NCBI GenBank assembly: GCA_043754455.1
Contig: JAYUUT010000110.1
Location: 10,588-74,587, forward strand
Source of the DNA: Myxococcales bacterium
GTDB lineage: Bacteria > Myxococcota_A > Polyangia > Fen-1088
Direction: 5' to 3'
Length of the DNA: 64,000 nt
In this document: positions 10,482 to 20,760 of the stretch, in pieces
Numbering within the stretch: the first letter of the stretch is position 1
Layout: each line of letters starts with the position of its first letter
Position numbers and translations under genes: made by a program
Notes under the pieces: model-generated
Databases searched by the model: none
Seen by the model: only the letters and a program-made list of their open reading frames with translations
Told to the model about the DNA's origin: nothing

Positions 10482-10569
10482 GGAGAGATGGCCGAGTGGC
10501 CGAAGGCGCCTGATTCGAAATCAGGTTTGGGTTTACGCCCAACGTGGGTTCGACTCCCACTCTCTCCTC
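10482..10569 (+). tRNA. tRNA-Ser (anticodon CGA)
   Basis: Begins 'GGAGAGATGGCCGAGTGG...', the class II tRNA-Ser D-arm signature. Anticodon loop 'cctgaTTCGAAAtcagg' gives anticodon CGA. Long variable arm, T-arm 'GGTTCGACTCCC', and a 3' acceptor complementary to the 5' end. Confidence 0.8.
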
Positions 10570-10592
10570 AAAAATAAATACTGGAGAGATGG

Positions 10593-10667
10593 CCGAGTGG
10601 TCGAAGGCGCATGATTGGAAATCATGTTTACCGCAAGGTAACGAGGGTTCGAATCCCTCTCTCTCCT
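10593..10667 (+). tRNA. tRNA-Ser (anticodon GGA)
   Basis: Same 5' sequence 'GGAGAGATGGCCGAGTGGTCGAAGGCGC'. Anticodon loop 'catgaTTGGAAAtcatg' gives anticodon GGA. T-arm 'GGGTTCGAATCCCTC' and acceptor 'tctctcc'. It lies 24 nt after the first tRNA-Ser. Confidence 0.8.
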
Positions 10668-10670
10668 CAA

Positions 10671-12095
10671 ATGCGATCCACCGAGCGCCTGCGAGCTGAT
10701 ATTGCGGCCCTGCGGCTTCGGTTCGAATCGGACCTTGCCGCGTTTGTACAATTGCCGTCGGTCAGCATGGATCCGGCCCGGCGACCCGCCATTGAGGCCT
10801 GTGCCGCCTTGGCGTGTAAGACCCTGCGCGACGCGGGGGCGACGGTCGACCTGATTGACACCGGCGGCCTGCCCCTGGTGTTGGGGCGGTTCATTCGCGA
10901 TCCGTCGTATCCAACGGTCACCGTCTACAACCATATGGACGTGCAGCCAGCGGATCCGTCCGAATGGCAGACGCCGCCCTTCACGTTCACCCGAGATCCC
11001 CAGGATCCCGATGTGTGGCGCGGCCGCGGCACCACCGACGACAAGGGCCCCGCCCTGACCGCCTTTCATGCCGCCCGCCTGGCGATGTCGGATGACGTAA
11101 AGCTGAACATCCATTTTCTGTGGGAAATGGAAGAAGAAATCGGCAGCCCAAATTTTGAAAAGGGTCTCCTCAAGGCGAAAAAGGCCGGATTTACGACCGA
11201 TTCTGTCGTCGTTTCCGACACCATCTGGGTGTCCGCCGATCGCCCCGCCATCCCCTATGGCCTGCGCGGTCTGATGGGATTCACCGTGCGCCTGCAAACC
11301 GGTGCAAAAGATGTCCATTCAGGCACTACAGGCGGCGCCGCTCGCAATCCTGTGGGCGAACTGTGCGGGTTGATCGCCCGGATGTACGATCCTGTGACGG
11401 GGAAGGTGAAAATCCCCGGATTTTACGATGACGTCCGCAAACTGTCGGCGGCCGAACGGGCGGGGTTGGGGCGGGCTGGATTTTCGCGTCGCCACTTTCA
11501 AAAGGCGCATGAACTGCACAGCGTCCGGTTCCAGGACGACAAACGGTTGCGCGAGGCCATCATGGCGCAGCCCACCTTCGAAGTTCACGGGCTTGTCGGG
11601 GGTTATACGGGCCCCGGCATCAAGACCATCGTGCCCCATGTCGCTGAGGCCAAACTATCAACCCGCCTGGTTCCTGATCAAAACCCCGCCCAGATTTTCG
11701 CGCTTCTCAAAAAATTCGTGAAGCGGCACTGCCCAGACGCGGTGGTCACCGCCGAGGGGGCTCTCGATCCCTATATTGCCGACATCGGCGGCCCGTATCA
11801 CGAGGCAGCGGTTGGCGCGATGAAAGACACTTTTGGCCGTATCCCCGGCCTGACGCGTGAAGGCGGCTCCATCGGGGCGGTTCTGACCATACGGCGGTTG
11901 CTCAAGGCGCCGGTGCTATTTTTGGGCCTGTCGCTGCCTGAACACGGCTACCACGCCATCAATGAAAATTACGACTGGCGTCAAACTCGGGGCGGCATGG
12001 AGATGTTCTACCGGTACTTTTTCCGCCTGGCGGGAATACCCTCGGGGGGACCGCGGGTTGCCCCACGAACCCCTCGCGCTAGGATCAAGTCATGA
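10671..12095 (+). CDS. M20-family metallopeptidase (dipeptidase / Cys-Gly-dipeptidase-like)
   Basis: Metal-binding blocks of M20/M25/M40: 'YNHMDVQPAD', 'GRGTTDDKGP', 'EMEEEIGSP' (catalytic Glu-Glu), and the 'HSG' / 'HAINE' region. Start moved to the first ATG after the tRNA, because the track ORF overlaps the tRNA. Confidence 0.8.
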   Translation: MRSTERLRADIAALRLRFESDLAAFVQLPSVSMDPARRPAIEACAALACKTLRDAGATVDLIDTGGLPLVLGRFIRDPSYPTVTVYNHMDVQPADPSEWQTPPFTFTRDPQDPDVWRGRGTTDDKGPALTAFHAARLAMSDDVKLNIHFLWEMEEEIGSPNFEKGLLKAKKAGFTTDSVVVSDTIWVSADRPAIPYGLRGLMGFTVRLQTGAKDVHSGTTGGAARNPVGELCGLIARMYDPVTGKVKIPGFYDDVRKLSAAERAGLGRAGFSRRHFQKAHELHSVRFQDDKRLREAIMAQPTFEVHGLVGGYTGPGIKTIVPHVAEAKLSTRLVPDQNPAQIFALLKKFVKRHCPDAVVTAEGALDPYIADIGGPYHEAAVGAMKDTFGRIPGLTREGGSIGAVLTIRRLLKAPVLFLGLSLPEHGYHAINENYDWRQTRGGMEMFYRYFFRLAGIPSGGPRVAPRTPRARIKS

Positions 12096-12580
12096 CCACC
12101 GCAGTACTGGACGTGGCCCCACCGGTGGACCGCAAAGCCGCCTGGAAGATTGTCGCAACCGTGCTGGCTGCCCTCGGGGGGTTGGGCGGTGTGTTCTACG
12201 CGTCGGCTGAAGATTCGGTGCAGCTATACCGCATGGTGGACGAAGTCGTGACCGATCCGGGCAAATACCAGGGCAAGCGCCTGGATGTTCACGGGTTTGT
12301 CGTAAAGGACTCCATCGAACAGAAGACCGGCAGCCTGTTCTATCGTTTCAAACTTGAATCCAAGGCACCACGAGCCCACCAGGTGATGGACGTGACGTAC
12401 CAGGGCCTGGTCCCCGACACGTTCAAATCAGACGCCGAAGCCGTCGTGACCGGCGTGCTGACGGCGGACAATAAACTGGTCGGCGAAAAAATATCGGCCA
12501 AATGTCCGTCCAAATACGAAGCCAAAGATGGGGTTCCCAAGGGCGGCGCCGCGAACTACGGCGGGGTCGATCGAAAATAG
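12092..12580 (+). CDS. ccmE: Cytochrome c maturation heme chaperone CcmE, CxxxY variant
   Basis: N-terminal membrane anchor, OB-fold core ('LFYRFKL', 'VTYQGLVPDTFKSDAEAVVTG'), and C-terminal 'AKCPSKYE' where canonical CcmE has 'AKHDENY'. Its start overlaps the M20 peptidase stop (ATGA). Confidence 0.75.
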   Translation: MTTAVLDVAPPVDRKAAWKIVATVLAALGGLGGVFYASAEDSVQLYRMVDEVVTDPGKYQGKRLDVHGFVVKDSIEQKTGSLFYRFKLESKAPRAHQVMDVTYQGLVPDTFKSDAEAVVTGVLTADNKLVGEKISAKCPSKYEAKDGVPKGGAANYGGVDRK

Positions 12581-12601
12581 TCCGATCGTACGAACGGACG
12601 T

Positions 12602-14125
12602 TCAGCCGGCGCGCAGGCCGTCGACGACCTTCAACCGGCTGGCGCGCGCGGCAGGGTACAGCGTCGCGACACAACAAATAAGCTGGGTAGCCGCTGCGAC
12701 CACGATCAACTCCGTCACCGAAATCTGCACCGGCAGTTTTTCGATCAGATAGACCTTGGGGTCCAGCGGGTACCCATAGATCCGGGCCATCGCGCACACG
12801 CCCAGGCCAAAAACGGTGCCAAGTCCCGTGCCCACGAACCCCATGAAGCTGCCGGACACAAGGAATAGCCGGCTTAAGGCGCCGCGCCGGGCGCCCATTC
12901 CGGCCAGGATCGCGATCTCACGGATCTTGGACAGCACGATCATGGTCAGCGACGCCATGATGTTGAAAGCCGCCACCACGATGATCAGCACCAAGAACAA
13001 AGCGATGATGGTTTTCTGCATCGTCAGCGCCATGAACAAATTGTGATTCAGTTCACGCCAGTTAATGATCTGCAGATCGCTGCCCAAACGGGCCTCGACT
13101 TCGGGTTCAGCCTCAAGCGCCCGGTGGGGCGTGTCGAACCGAAGCTCTAGTCCAAAAATGACCCCCCGTTTTCCGCTGGCGCGGCGGGCATCTGCCAGAC
13201 TCAAGAAGGCCAGGCGGGTGTCGTATTCGTTGAACCCCATGCGGGAAAGCGCCGCGACTTTGAACCGATACCACGGTGGCGGGGCGGTCAGATCGCCCCC
13301 TGTGGGAATGGGGATGGTCACGTTCACACAATCGCCGACCTTCACGCGCAGGCGTCGGGCCAGCTCTTCGCCCAGAACAATATGGCCAACCTTGGGATCG
13401 TCCGAATCGCCATCTGTTGCGGGTGCAAGCCCCGGCATGGACGGGCGCGCAGGACAAAAGCCGGTTTTTCCAAGGGCGTCGATCGACCCTGCGACCAGCC
13501 ACCGCGACAGTTCAGCGCCGCCCCGTTCCAAATCGACACCTTTTAGGTTGGCGCCAACTTTTCCGATCATCACCTCGCCGGCAGACAGGCTGAACTTCGC
13601 CATCGTGCGAAGGCCCGGTAGCCCCAACAGCTTCTTCATATGAGCGTCGGCGTCGCGGTCAGCCTGTTCCGGCTCCGGCTCTCCGTAGTCCCTAATCAAC
13701 ATATGCGAGTTAACGGATAGGACCTTGTCCTGAAACTCGCGTTCAAACCCGCTGGTCACGGCCAGCACGACCACCAGTGACGCCACCCCCAACACCACGC
13801 CCATGGTCGATACGGTGGTGAAAACCGAAAATACCCGCAAGAGCAGAAACAACATCACGCCCAATCCACCTAAGAGCGCAAAAATCACAGCGATCGTTTC
13901 AAGGGTCCGCAGACCCGCCTTGCCCGCCAAAAACATGGCAGCCAGACTGGATCCCGTAACCAGCGCCGCTACCACGATGCCGACGCCAGCGACCTTTGAT
14001 TGACGTCGCCGGGTCAGGTACCGAATCCCCACAAATCTTTCAAACCGCGCACGGACTATCAACGCCACGCCTGCGGCAAGGACCACGGCGCCCGCAATCA
14101 AAAGGGCTATCAGGAAGGGCTGCAC
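12602..14125 (-). CDS. FtsX/LolE/MacB-family ABC transporter permease
   Basis: N-terminal TM, a large periplasmic domain, a C-terminal 3-TM FtsX domain ending '...ATLYPAARASRLKVVDGLRAG', and MacB_PCD-like 'DLERGG' segments. Confidence 0.75.
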   Translation of the reverse strand: MQPFLIALLIAGAVVLAAGVALIVRARFERFVGIRYLTRRRQSKVAGVGIVVAALVTGSSLAAMFLAGKAGLRTLETIAVIFALLGGLGVMLFLLLRVFSVFTTVSTMGVVLGVASLVVVLAVTSGFEREFQDKVLSVNSHMLIRDYGEPEPEQADRDADAHMKKLLGLPGLRTMAKFSLSAGEVMIGKVGANLKGVDLERGGAELSRWLVAGSIDALGKTGFCPARPSMPGLAPATDGDSDDPKVGHIVLGEELARRLRVKVGDCVNVTIPIPTGGDLTAPPPWYRFKVAALSRMGFNEYDTRLAFLSLADARRASGKRGVIFGLELRFDTPHRALEAEPEVEARLGSDLQIINWRELNHNLFMALTMQKTIIALFLVLIIVVAAFNIMASLTMIVLSKIREIAILAGMGARRGALSRLFLVSGSFMGFVGTGLGTVFGLGVCAMARIYGYPLDPKVYLIEKLPVQISVTELIVVAAATQLICCVATLYPAARASRLKVVDGLRAG

Positions 14126-14149
14126 GACGACACAGACACGGGCCGAAGC

Positions 14150-15436
14150 CTAGACCTCGATTAACAGACGTTCGGGGTTTTCAATACATTCCTTAATCCG
14201 GACCAAAAACTGCACGGCCTCACGGCCATCAACAATGCGGTGATCGTAGGACAAGGCGACGTACATCATAGGCCGCAGCGCGATGGCTTCCCCTACGGCC
14301 ACGGGGCGTTTTTGGATGGAATGAAGCCCCAAGATACCGCTTTGGGGCGGGTTCAGAATGGGCGTCGACAGCAGCGAACCGTAGACGCCGCCGTTGGAAA
14401 TTGTGAAGGTTCCCCCTTCCAGGTCCTTCATCTGAAGTTTGTTATCCTTGGCCTTGACCGCAAGCCCCGCGATGGTGCGTTCAATTTCCGCAAGCGACAG
14501 CTTGTCAGCGCCTCGCACCACCGGGACCACCAGCCCCTTGCCCCCCCCCACGGCGACGCCCACGTCGTAGTAGTCCTTGTAGACGATCTTGTCACCGCCC
14601 CGGACTTCCGCATTCACCACAGGAAACGCCTTGAGGCCATCGACCGCTGCCTTCACAAAAAACGACATGAAACCCAGCTTGATGCCGTGTCGCTTTAAAA
14701 AAGGTTCCTGATACCGCTCACGCAGCGCCATCACCTCAGCCATGTTGATCTCGTTGAAAGTCGTCAGAATGGCAGCGCTTTGTTGCGCTTCAAGCAACCG
14801 CCGGGCAACGGTTTTTCGCAGCGGCGTCATTGCCACAACCCGTTCGGGTCGCACAGGCGGCTCTGCAGCCGTGACAGGGTTCGGGGACGAAACTGGTTGT
14901 GATACGGGCGATGTGCCCAGCGTCGCCGCCCGCTGCACATCACTTCGTTCGATGCGTCCCGCAGGCCCCGTCGCCTGTACGTCTCCCGATCCCAACGCCA
15001 ATTCGTGCATCATCCGCCGCACCGCAGGCGAGGCCTTGAGCGCAGCTTCGTGGGTACCTGACCCGTTCAGGGACGGTAAAATTGCTGCCGTCGGCGGTGG
15101 TGCCACCATGGCGACAGACAGGGCCGCGGCAGGCGACGCTTTTGGGACAGAGACAGTTGGGACAGAGGAGGTTGGGACCGATGCAGCCGCCGAAACGCCG
15201 GTTTCAATCTCGGCCACAACTTCGCCAATGGGAACTGTGTCTCCCTGCTGCCGCAAGATCCGCCGCAGCACACCTGTGCCTGGGGATGGGACTTCGACGG
15301 TGGCCTTGTCGCTTTCCACCTCGACCAGGGGTTCGTCAATCTTAACGGCCTCGCCTTCCTGGCGTTTCCATTTACCCATCAGCGCTTCGGTAATGGATTC
15401 GCCAAGCGATGGGATCTTCAGATACAGCGTGCTCAT
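14150..15436 (-). CDS. sucB: Dihydrolipoyllysine-residue succinyltransferase (E2 of 2-oxoglutarate dehydrogenase)
   Basis: Lipoyl domain '[18 protein letters not shown]', E3-binding region, and catalytic domain ending '[30 protein letters not shown]'. Confidence 0.9.
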   Translation of the reverse strand: MSTLYLKIPSLGESITEALMGKWKRQEGEAVKIDEPLVEVESDKATVEVPSPGTGVLRRILRQQGDTVPIGEVVAEIETGVSAAASVPTSSVPTVSVPKASPAAALSVAMVAPPPTAAILPSLNGSGTHEAALKASPAVRRMMHELALGSGDVQATGPAGRIERSDVQRAATLGTSPVSQPVSSPNPVTAAEPPVRPERVVAMTPLRKTVARRLLEAQQSAAILTTFNEINMAEVMALRERYQEPFLKRHGIKLGFMSFFVKAAVDGLKAFPVVNAEVRGGDKIVYKDYYDVGVAVGGGKGLVVPVVRGADKLSLAEIERTIAGLAVKAKDNKLQMKDLEGGTFTISNGGVYGSLLSTPILNPPQSGILGLHSIQKRPVAVGEAIALRPMMYVALSYDHRIVDGREAVQFLVRIKECIENPERLLIEV

Positions 15437-18339
15437 ATTTTCACCGTGGCCTTGATCTGGCCTTTGCTAACAGTCACGCTGCCCGCCGCGACCCCCAGGG
15501 ATTCTTCCAAAAGTCGGGCGTGTTCCAGATCATGACGAGACGAAGATCCCGTGGCAGGACTGGCAGAAAAGGGCCGACTGACACACGACAGACGGAAAAA
15601 TCCTGCCAAAAATCCTGGCAAATGCCGAGACATAAAATTCCAGGCGCCCATATTGCGGGCTTCTTCTTGCACCCAGATGACAGGGCTGCCTTCGCGATAG
15701 TCCGCGACCGCCTCCAGGATTTCTTCCCGCCGCAGCGGATACAGCTGTTCCACCCTGATGATGGCCACGTTGACCGCGTTGACCGCGGATCGGGCCGCGA
15801 CAAGATCGAAATAAACCTTGCCACTACATAAAAGGACGCGATCGACCAAGGCCGGATCCGCCGTGCTGTCGGCAATGACGTGCTGAAATCCACCCGAGGA
15901 CAAATCTTCCATGCTGGACACCGCTACGGGGTGTCGAAGCAAACTTTTCGGCGACATCACCACAAGGGGCTTGCGATACGGGCGCAAGACCTGGCGACGC
16001 AGCAAATGAAAAATCTGTGCGGGCGTGGTGACGTTACACACCTGCATGTTATCCGTGGCGCACAAATTGAGGAACCGTTCCAGACGCGCGCTGGAATGTT
16101 CGGGCCCCTGTCCTTCCATGCCATGCGGCAGCAACAGCACCAGGCCGCTGACCCGTCGCCATTTGGTTTCAGACGACACCAGGAACTGATCGATGATCAC
16201 CTGGGCGTTATTCACGAAATCGCCGAACTGCGCTTCCCAGACGACCAAGGCATCGGGCATGTCCAGGCTGTAGCCGTATTCGAAACCCAACACACCGGCT
16301 TCGGACAGACACGAATCGTGGATTTCAAACGGCGCTTGACCTGCCGAAACATATTGAAGCGACGTGTATTCAGCGCCCGTCGCGTAGTCGAACAAGGTGG
16401 CGTGCCTGTGGCTGAAGGTCCCGCGCCGCACGTCCTGCCCAGAGAAGCGAATACGAACCCCTTCCAAAAGCAGCGTCCCATAAGCCAGCGCCTCGCCCAT
16501 ACCCCAGTTCAGGGGTTCTTTGCCCAGCCCCATCGCCGCCCGGCGTTCCAGTTCCTTTACGAGTTTTGGATGAGGGGTGAAACCCGGGGGCACCGTCGCC
16601 ATGGCTTGCGCGACTTTTAACAACGCTTCGGAAGGAACCGCCGTCGCCACATCCACCCTGGCTTCGGGACCACCATGAATGGCCGACCACACGCCCGCCA
16701 TGGTGCTGGGGCGCAGCGGCGCGCTCATGTTTTTGGCCGTGTCGAGACCTTCGTCTAGTTGCCGATGTCGTTCGGTTGCTACAGCTTCGGCGTCCGCAAC
16801 GTTCAGCGGTTGCTCCCCTGCTGCGGTCGCCCGCGAAAACGCATCTAAATACGCCGCCCGCACGGATCCCTTTCGGGCGATGGCCCGGTACATCAACGGC
16901 TGGGTGTAGCTGGGTTCGTCACCTTCGTTGTGACCCAGTTTTCGATAACTCCACATGTCGATGACAACATCGCGGCGGAACCGCTGCCGGAAATCGACCG
17001 CCAAATCCACCGCCTGCGCTATCGCTTCTGGATCCTCGCCGTTGATGTGGAAGATCGGGATCTGCAGCATCCGCGCGACGTCGGTGCAGTACCCGCCGCA
17101 ATACGCAAGTTGTGGCCCGGTCGTAAACCCAATCTGGTTGTTCAGGACGATGTGAATCGTACCCCCAACCGAATACGCGTCCAGCCCCGACATGTTGAAA
17201 CCTTCAGCGATGATCCCCTGGCCGGCAAAGGCGGCATCACCATGCAGCAACAGCGACAGGCCCCGACTGCGATCAACATCGGCCAGGCGATCCTGTTTGG
17301 CGCGTGTGCGTCCCTGCACCACCGGGTTGACGATCTCTAGGTGGCTGGGATTGAAGGCCAGCGACAGGTGGACACGCCCACCACCCGCGGTCACCCGATC
17401 GGTCGAATACCCCATGTGGTACTTGACGTCCCCGCCCCCCTCACCGCCCGGCGTGGAGGATCGATCAAGAAATTCAGCAAAGATCTCGGTGGGCGGTTTG
17501 GCCATCACATTGGACAGCACATTGAGCCGTCCCCGGTGAGCCATCCCAATAACGATTTGACTAACGCCCTGGCTGGCAGCGCGTTCGATAACCCGATCCA
17601 TCAGGGGAATGACGCTTTCGGCGCCTTCACATGAGAACCGTTTGTATCCCAGAAATTTAGTCTGCAGAAACTGTTCGAAGACTTCGGCGTCGATCACTTT
17701 AGACAGAAGGCGCAGCTGTTCCGCACGGGTGAACCGGACGCGGTTGCGCGTCGATTCACAGCGGGTCATCAACCAGGTACGCAGTTCGCTGTCGTGAATA
17801 TGGGATAGTTCGACGCCGATGTGGCGACAGTAGGTTTCTTCCAGATGTGCGATGATTTCGCGCAGCAGCCGGGGACGCCCTTCGGTTCCGGGGATATCGT
17901 CAGCATTGACGATGGTATCCAGATCGGAATCGTTCAGACCGTAATCAGCGGGGCGCAGACGGGCCCGGCTGCGGTCCACTATGCCTAACGGATCCAAATC
18001 GACGGACAGGTGGCCCAGTTCGCGCAGATCCTCAATAAGTTTACGGATCCGTTTGCCCCCCAACGCCCGTTCGGCGGCAACCACCGCAATGGCCGTGGCC
18101 TCACGCGTGGCGGCCGATCCGATGGACGACACAACCGCGTCTACGGGACGCGGTGCAGGGTCATCTCCCGGCAGCGCTGCGGGTTGGCCGGTGGCCCAAG
18201 CCTCGAACGCGCGGCGCCACCCCTCGTCCACAGACCCCGGATCGTGCTGCCACGAAACAAACAAATCTTCGACCCACGGAAGATTCGACGGGCTGACGTC
18301 GAAGGGGGTTGGCAATCTCGCAGTGTCACCTGGGTTCAT
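15433..18339 (-). CDS. sucA: 2-oxoglutarate dehydrogenase E1 component
   Basis: TPP-dependent E1 blocks ('[11 protein letters not shown]', 'GDAAFAGQG', '[19 protein letters not shown]') across ~970 aa. Overlaps the sucB start by 4 nt. Start placed at the internal ATG ([10 protein letters not shown]...). Confidence 0.9.
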   Translation of the reverse strand: MNPGDTARLPTPFDVSPSNLPWVEDLFVSWQHDPGSVDEGWRRAFEAWATGQPAALPGDDPAPRPVDAVVSSIGSAATREATAIAVVAAERALGGKRIRKLIEDLRELGHLSVDLDPLGIVDRSRARLRPADYGLNDSDLDTIVNADDIPGTEGRPRLLREIIAHLEETYCRHIGVELSHIHDSELRTWLMTRCESTRNRVRFTRAEQLRLLSKVIDAEVFEQFLQTKFLGYKRFSCEGAESVIPLMDRVIERAASQGVSQIVIGMAHRGRLNVLSNVMAKPPTEIFAEFLDRSSTPGGEGGGDVKYHMGYSTDRVTAGGGRVHLSLAFNPSHLEIVNPVVQGRTRAKQDRLADVDRSRGLSLLLHGDAAFAGQGIIAEGFNMSGLDAYSVGGTIHIVLNNQIGFTTGPQLAYCGGYCTDVARMLQIPIFHINGEDPEAIAQAVDLAVDFRQRFRRDVVIDMWSYRKLGHNEGDEPSYTQPLMYRAIARKGSVRAAYLDAFSRATAAGEQPLNVADAEAVATERHRQLDEGLDTAKNMSAPLRPSTMAGVWSAIHGGPEARVDVATAVPSEALLKVAQAMATVPPGFTPHPKLVKELERRAAMGLGKEPLNWGMGEALAYGTLLLEGVRIRFSGQDVRRGTFSHRHATLFDYATGAEYTSLQYVSAGQAPFEIHDSCLSEAGVLGFEYGYSLDMPDALVVWEAQFGDFVNNAQVIIDQFLVSSETKWRRVSGLVLLLPHGMEGQGPEHSSARLERFLNLCATDNMQVCNVTTPAQIFHLLRRQVLRPYRKPLVVMSPKSLLRHPVAVSSMEDLSSGGFQHVIADSTADPALVDRVLLCSGKVYFDLVAARSAVNAVNVAIIRVEQLYPLRREEILEAVADYREGSPVIWVQEEARNMGAWNFMSRHLPGFLAGFFRLSCVSRPFSASPATGSSSRHDLEHARLLEESLGVAAGSVTVSKGQIKATVKI

Positions 18340-18549
18340 ATGGCAGTTGGGCTCCGGCAGTCGGGTGCGCCCATCACCGTCGCCGCCAAACACCCGTTTT
18401 GTGCCGGACCGCCGAGGCGAATCCGACCGGCGAAGGGTGCGCCATTGTACCCAATCTGGCGAGAAAATTCCTTGTTTCCAAATGTTTTCGGGGACGTACC
18501 CAGGATGACCGGACGAACCTCCCCGAAAACGGACTCGCCGTTTGACGCG

Positions 18550-18873
18550 CTACTTCTTAGCGATCGCTGCCATCAGCTTCTTGAACTTGTCCTTGACGTC
18601 GTCCGCCATCTTGCCGAAATCGGCATCGTCGGTGTGACAATCATCACACTGGAACTTCGTCCCGTTGGCCTTGGCGGTCTTCACCATTTCCTTCATCTTG
18701 GCCTTTGCCGCCTTGACGCCTCCCGCGACACAGGCCTTACCCACGTCGGTTTCCGGTTTGGTGGCAACCTTGCACTTGACGACCGCGTCATCAGCGGCGC
18801 TCACAGCACCCCCCATCGAAAGGGCCGAACCTAAAAGACCAGCAATCACCATTAAACGGAGCGTTCGTGACAT
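18550..18873 (-). CDS. Small secreted Lys-rich protein with a single CxxCH motif; candidate monoheme c-type cytochrome
   Basis: Signal peptide 'MSRTLRLMVIAGLLGSALSMGGAVSA'. Mature ~80 aa carrying 'FQCDDCH' plus a second Cys pair (CKVATKPETDVGKAC). Confidence 0.5.
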   Translation of the reverse strand: MSRTLRLMVIAGLLGSALSMGGAVSAADDAVVKCKVATKPETDVGKACVAGGVKAAKAKMKEMVKTAKANGTKFQCDDCHTDDADFGKMADDVKDKFKKLMAAIAKK

Positions 18874-19017
18874 GAAGATTCCTCCTTAAATGAAACGTAT
18901 CAACAGCGGGACATCATTCCGCGTCGCAAGCCTGAGGTCTGACACACCTTGGGGCTGGCGACAACTCCCCCTATCAGACGCATAAGCTCCCCCGAACAAT
19001 TCACGGCCGCGCAAGGG

Positions 19018-19839
19018 CTAGCTCTGACAGCGATCCTTATCCCTAAGGATCTTGCCAATTTCGCGTGAACGAGCCTTCACCGCGGAGGCGCGGGGGTTTT
19101 TGGGGAAACGTTTACCTAGGTCATCCAAGATGGCCTTGGACTCCCGGCAGAACTTCAGATCCAAAAAGGCCTGACCCAGGTACCACATGGCTTCGGGCAC
19201 CTCGGCAGATTTGGGAAACGCGTCCAGAACCTTCTGAAATTCGGCGGCCGCGTTGGTGTGCTTTCCATCAGTTGAGAAACCCTTGCCAACTTCCAGATAG
19301 GCTTGGGGTGTGCGGGGATCTTGCGGGAATCGCTGAATGAATCCCCGAAAAAACCGTCGCGCCTCTTCTCGGTTGCCGGCGACGGTCAGATCGCTGGCCT
19401 GCTTCCACAGCGCGTCCTTGTCGTCGGCCATGGTTGGGGCGACCTTGTTGACGATCTTGGCCTGGGAGGCCTCAAGGCTATTTAGGCGCGTTTGTTCGTC
19501 GGAGGCTTTCTTTTGGATCTGATCGAGCAGGTGTTTCGCCTCCTCGATCTGTCCCTGGGCAGCCTGAAGCTGGGCCTCGTTGGTTTGGACCCTGGCCCCC
19601 ACGTCGGCAGAATTGCGCGCCAAAAGCGTCGTGGCGTCGTCGAGCACCTTCCGAAGCCGGGTCAGTTGTTCTTCGGTGTCCGCGTCGCGTTTTTCGAGGG
19701 TTTTCACCCGTTCGCGCAGCTTGCTGAGATCAGCGCTGATGCGATCACCTTCCCACATCGACACGCACCCCGACAAAGCCACAGCGACCACGGCGGCCAT
19801 GCCACCTAATCCCAGGACCCGCGAACAAAGAAACGGCAT
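19018..19839 (-). CDS. cpoB: Tol-Pal system protein YbgF/CpoB (coiled-coil plus TPR)
   Basis: Lipoprotein-type signal ('ALSGC'), an N-terminal coiled coil (LSKLRERVKTLEKRDADTEEQLTRLRKV...), and a C-terminal TPR region 'EARRFFRGFIQRFPQDPRTPQAYLEVGKGF... AMWYLGQAFLDL'. It lies immediately downstream of pal. Confidence 0.75.
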   Translation of the reverse strand: MPFLCSRVLGLGGMAAVVAVALSGCVSMWEGDRISADLSKLRERVKTLEKRDADTEEQLTRLRKVLDDATTLLARNSADVGARVQTNEAQLQAAQGQIEEAKHLLDQIQKKASDEQTRLNSLEASQAKIVNKVAPTMADDKDALWKQASDLTVAGNREEARRFFRGFIQRFPQDPRTPQAYLEVGKGFSTDGKHTNAAAEFQKVLDAFPKSAEVPEAMWYLGQAFLDLKFCRESKAILDDLGKRFPKNPRASAVKARSREIGKILRDKDRCQS

Positions 19840-19856
19840 GCGCGCCTTGACGCCCG

Positions 19857-20621
19857 TCACTGCCATTCAGAATCGACGCGGCGGTCTTTGGCCATGCTGG
19901 CGTCATCGCTGCCGGCGGAATCAAGTTCACCACGGGGGACTGGGATCAGGCGGCCCGCCGCGATGCCCGTGCGCTGGTAGTATTCCTTTACTGACTGCGA
20001 TCGGCGATCCGACAGCGCCAAGTTGTATTCAGGAGTGCCGCGTGAATCCGCGCGGCCCACGAGGTTGACGGCGCGGTCGGCCTTCTTCAGACATTCGACG
20101 TTGGACGAAAGCACCGCGGTCGATTCGCTGGAGATCGTGGCTTGGTCAAATCCGAAATACACGGGGGCAAGCGGGCACGGCGGCCCAGACAGCGCCTTTT
20201 TACGGGCAGGAACGCAGGCGGAGTTCTGGCATTCCTGATCCTGCGCGCAATCTTCGTCTTTAGTGCACTGCGGCTTGGCGCAAGCCCCGGCCAAACACTT
20301 CAGGCCCGACGCGCATTCGCTGTCACTGGAACAGGGGCGGCAGCGGTTCGCGATACATTCCTGCCCCGAAGGACACATGGACTTGTCCGTGCAGTATCCC
20401 GGAATCGCAGAGCATTTGCCCGCCTCGCAGGACTGTCCCGCGCGGCAATCCTTGGCGTCGCGGCATTGCTGACACTTCTTATTGACGCAGAACTCGTTCT
20501 TCTCTTTACAGTCGGTGTCCGTATCGCAACTGGGGTAGTCGGGTTTGCAGCCCCCAACACCTGCCGCGAAGATACCAAACACCATGATTCCAAACAGAAG
20601 GGAGACGTTGTTCTTTTGCAT
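19857..20621 (-). CDS. pal: Peptidoglycan-associated lipoprotein Pal (OmpA-like) with an N-terminal Cys-rich repeat region
   Basis: Lipobox 'AGVGGC'. About 110 aa of CxxxC-rich repeats. C-terminal OmpA domain 'VYFGFDQATIS... NLALSDRRSQSVKEYY... RRVD'. Confidence 0.8.
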   Translation of the reverse strand: MQKNNVSLLFGIMVFGIFAAGVGGCKPDYPSCDTDTDCKEKNEFCVNKKCQQCRDAKDCRAGQSCEAGKCSAIPGYCTDKSMCPSGQECIANRCRPCSSDSECASGLKCLAGACAKPQCTKDEDCAQDQECQNSACVPARKKALSGPPCPLAPVYFGFDQATISSESTAVLSSNVECLKKADRAVNLVGRADSRGTPEYNLALSDRRSQSVKEYYQRTGIAAGRLIPVPRGELDSAGSDDASMAKDRRVDSEWQ

Positions 20622-20760
20622 CGAAGGGGTCCTCGTAAGGAACGAACCCTATGGAAGTGAGGGGGGGCTGTCAACGCATATCGGTAAGCGCCGTGGGGTG
20701 AAAGAAACCCACCCCCGCAGTCGGGATGTTCGTGCTATCAGGTCTGTCGGTCCCCCCCTG

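Noticed and set aside
10533-11318. 261-aa minus-strand ORF over the tRNA-Ser genes and the M20 peptidase 5' region
   Set aside because: It overlaps two tRNA genes and a strongly supported peptidase on the other strand. Shadow ORF.
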